Source: Blochmannia endosymbiont of Camponotus nipponensis (lineage in GTDB: Bacteria; Pseudomonadota; Gammaproteobacteria; Enterobacterales; Enterobacteriaceae). Taken from it: 32,000 nucleotides of DNA. The notes under the pieces are model-generated. The model did not search any database, was not told the origin of the DNA, and saw only the letters and a program-made list of their open reading frames with translations. Shown here one piece after another: positions 31,376 to 32,000 of the stretch. Location: assembly GCF_009827135.1 (NCBI RefSeq), contig NZ_CP046534.1:210001-242000 (forward strand), read 5' to 3'. Every line of letters begins with the position of its first letter. Position 1 is the first letter of the stretch. The translations under genes were made by a program, and so were the position numbers.

Positions 31376-32000
31376 ATGAATCAACGAGTCATTATTTTTG
31401 ATACAACTTTAAGAGACGGTGAACAAGCTCTGCACGCGAGTTTAAACGTAAAAGAAAAATTACAAATTGCCTTTGCTTTAGAACGATTAGGAGTAGATGT
31501 TATGGAAGTTGGATTTCCAGTATCTTCTCCAGGAGATTTTGAATCAGTGCATACGGTAGCTCAAAAAATAAAAAACAGTTTAGTATGCGCCCTAGCCAGA
31601 TGCATTGAAAAAGATATTGATATCGCAGCAGAAGCATTAAAAATAGCAAAAAATTTTCGTATTCATATTTTCTTACCTACTTCAACTATACACATGCAAT
31701 CTAAATTGAAAAAAAACTTTAATCAAATCATAGAAATGACCATTCATGCAATACGTTATGCGAGAAAATACACTGATGATGTAGAGTTCTCTTGCGAAGA
31801 TGCTGGACGTACTAATATAGATAATTTATGTCGTATTGTTGAAATTGCCATTCAATCTGGAGCAAACACAATTAATATCCCTGATACAGTAGGTTATACT
31901 ACCCCATGTCAATTTGGACGCATTATCACTTCCTTATATAATCGTGTTCCTATCATTGATAAAGCTGTCATTTCTGTGCACTGTCATGATGATTTAGGTA
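31376..32000 (+). CDS. leuA: 2-isopropylmalate synthase (5' partial; continues beyond the window)
   Basis: Not in the ORF track. My translation from the ATG at 31376 gives [58 protein letters not shown]...[11 protein letters not shown]...[10 protein letters not shown]...VHCHDDLG. It is collinear with the E. coli LeuA N-terminus. An in-frame TAA lies at 31370-31372 just upstream. Confidence 0.93.
   Translation, partial: MNQRVIIFDTTLRDGEQALHASLNVKEKLQIAFALERLGVDVMEVGFPVSSPGDFESVHTVAQKIKNSLVCALARCIEKDIDIAAEALKIAKNFRIHIFLPTSTIHMQSKLKKNFNQIIEMTIHAIRYARKYTDDVEFSCEDAGRTNIDNLCRIVEIAIQSGANTINIPDTVGYTTPCQFGRIITSLYNRVPIIDKAVISVHCHDDLG

Noticed and set aside
1-32000. Search for CRISPR arrays, IS or transposon ends, integrases, phage genes, toxin-antitoxin or defence systems, and tRNA/rRNA genes
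   Set aside because: I found no regularly spaced repeats, no such ORFs, and no 70-90-nt G+C-rich islands in any spacer. The window appears to be core chromosome of a reduced genome.

Overview
The window has very AT-rich spacers, intact but compact housekeeping genes, and no mobile DNA, which fits a reduced Enterobacterales-derived obligate endosymbiont genome. It looks Blochmannia-like, but that cannot be confirmed without a search. Plus strand: aceE-aceF-lpdA (pyruvate dehydrogenase complex), coaE, and the 5' part of leuA running off the right edge (absent from the ORF track). Minus strand: folK, dksA, secA, lpxC, and an almost complete dcw cluster (ftsZ, ftsA, ftsQ, murC, murG, ftsW, murD, mraY, murF, murE, ftsI, ftsL, rsmH). 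All were recognised by eye from collinear similarity to E. coli proteins and their catalytic motifs. Several ORF-track starts are over-extended or use TTG/GTG, and I give homology-supported starts instead. I found no CRISPR array, transposase, integrase, phage, toxin-antitoxin or defence gene, and no GC-rich island that could be a tRNA, rRNA or structured RNA. I therefore do not see a novel multi-gene system here. The observations worth a second look are signatures of genome erosion and a few unexplained structures. These are: a 2-kb ORF-free spacer containing a perfect 48-bp palindrome; ddlB, mraZ, secM, mutT/yacG/zapD and pcnB/gluQ missing from their canonical positions; an arrangement explained by one inversion relative to E. 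coli; a long hairpin terminator downstream of lpxC; an LpxC lacking the E. coli C-terminal FtsH degron; a single-lipoyl AceF; and in-frame A9-A10 slippage-prone tracts in intact genes.
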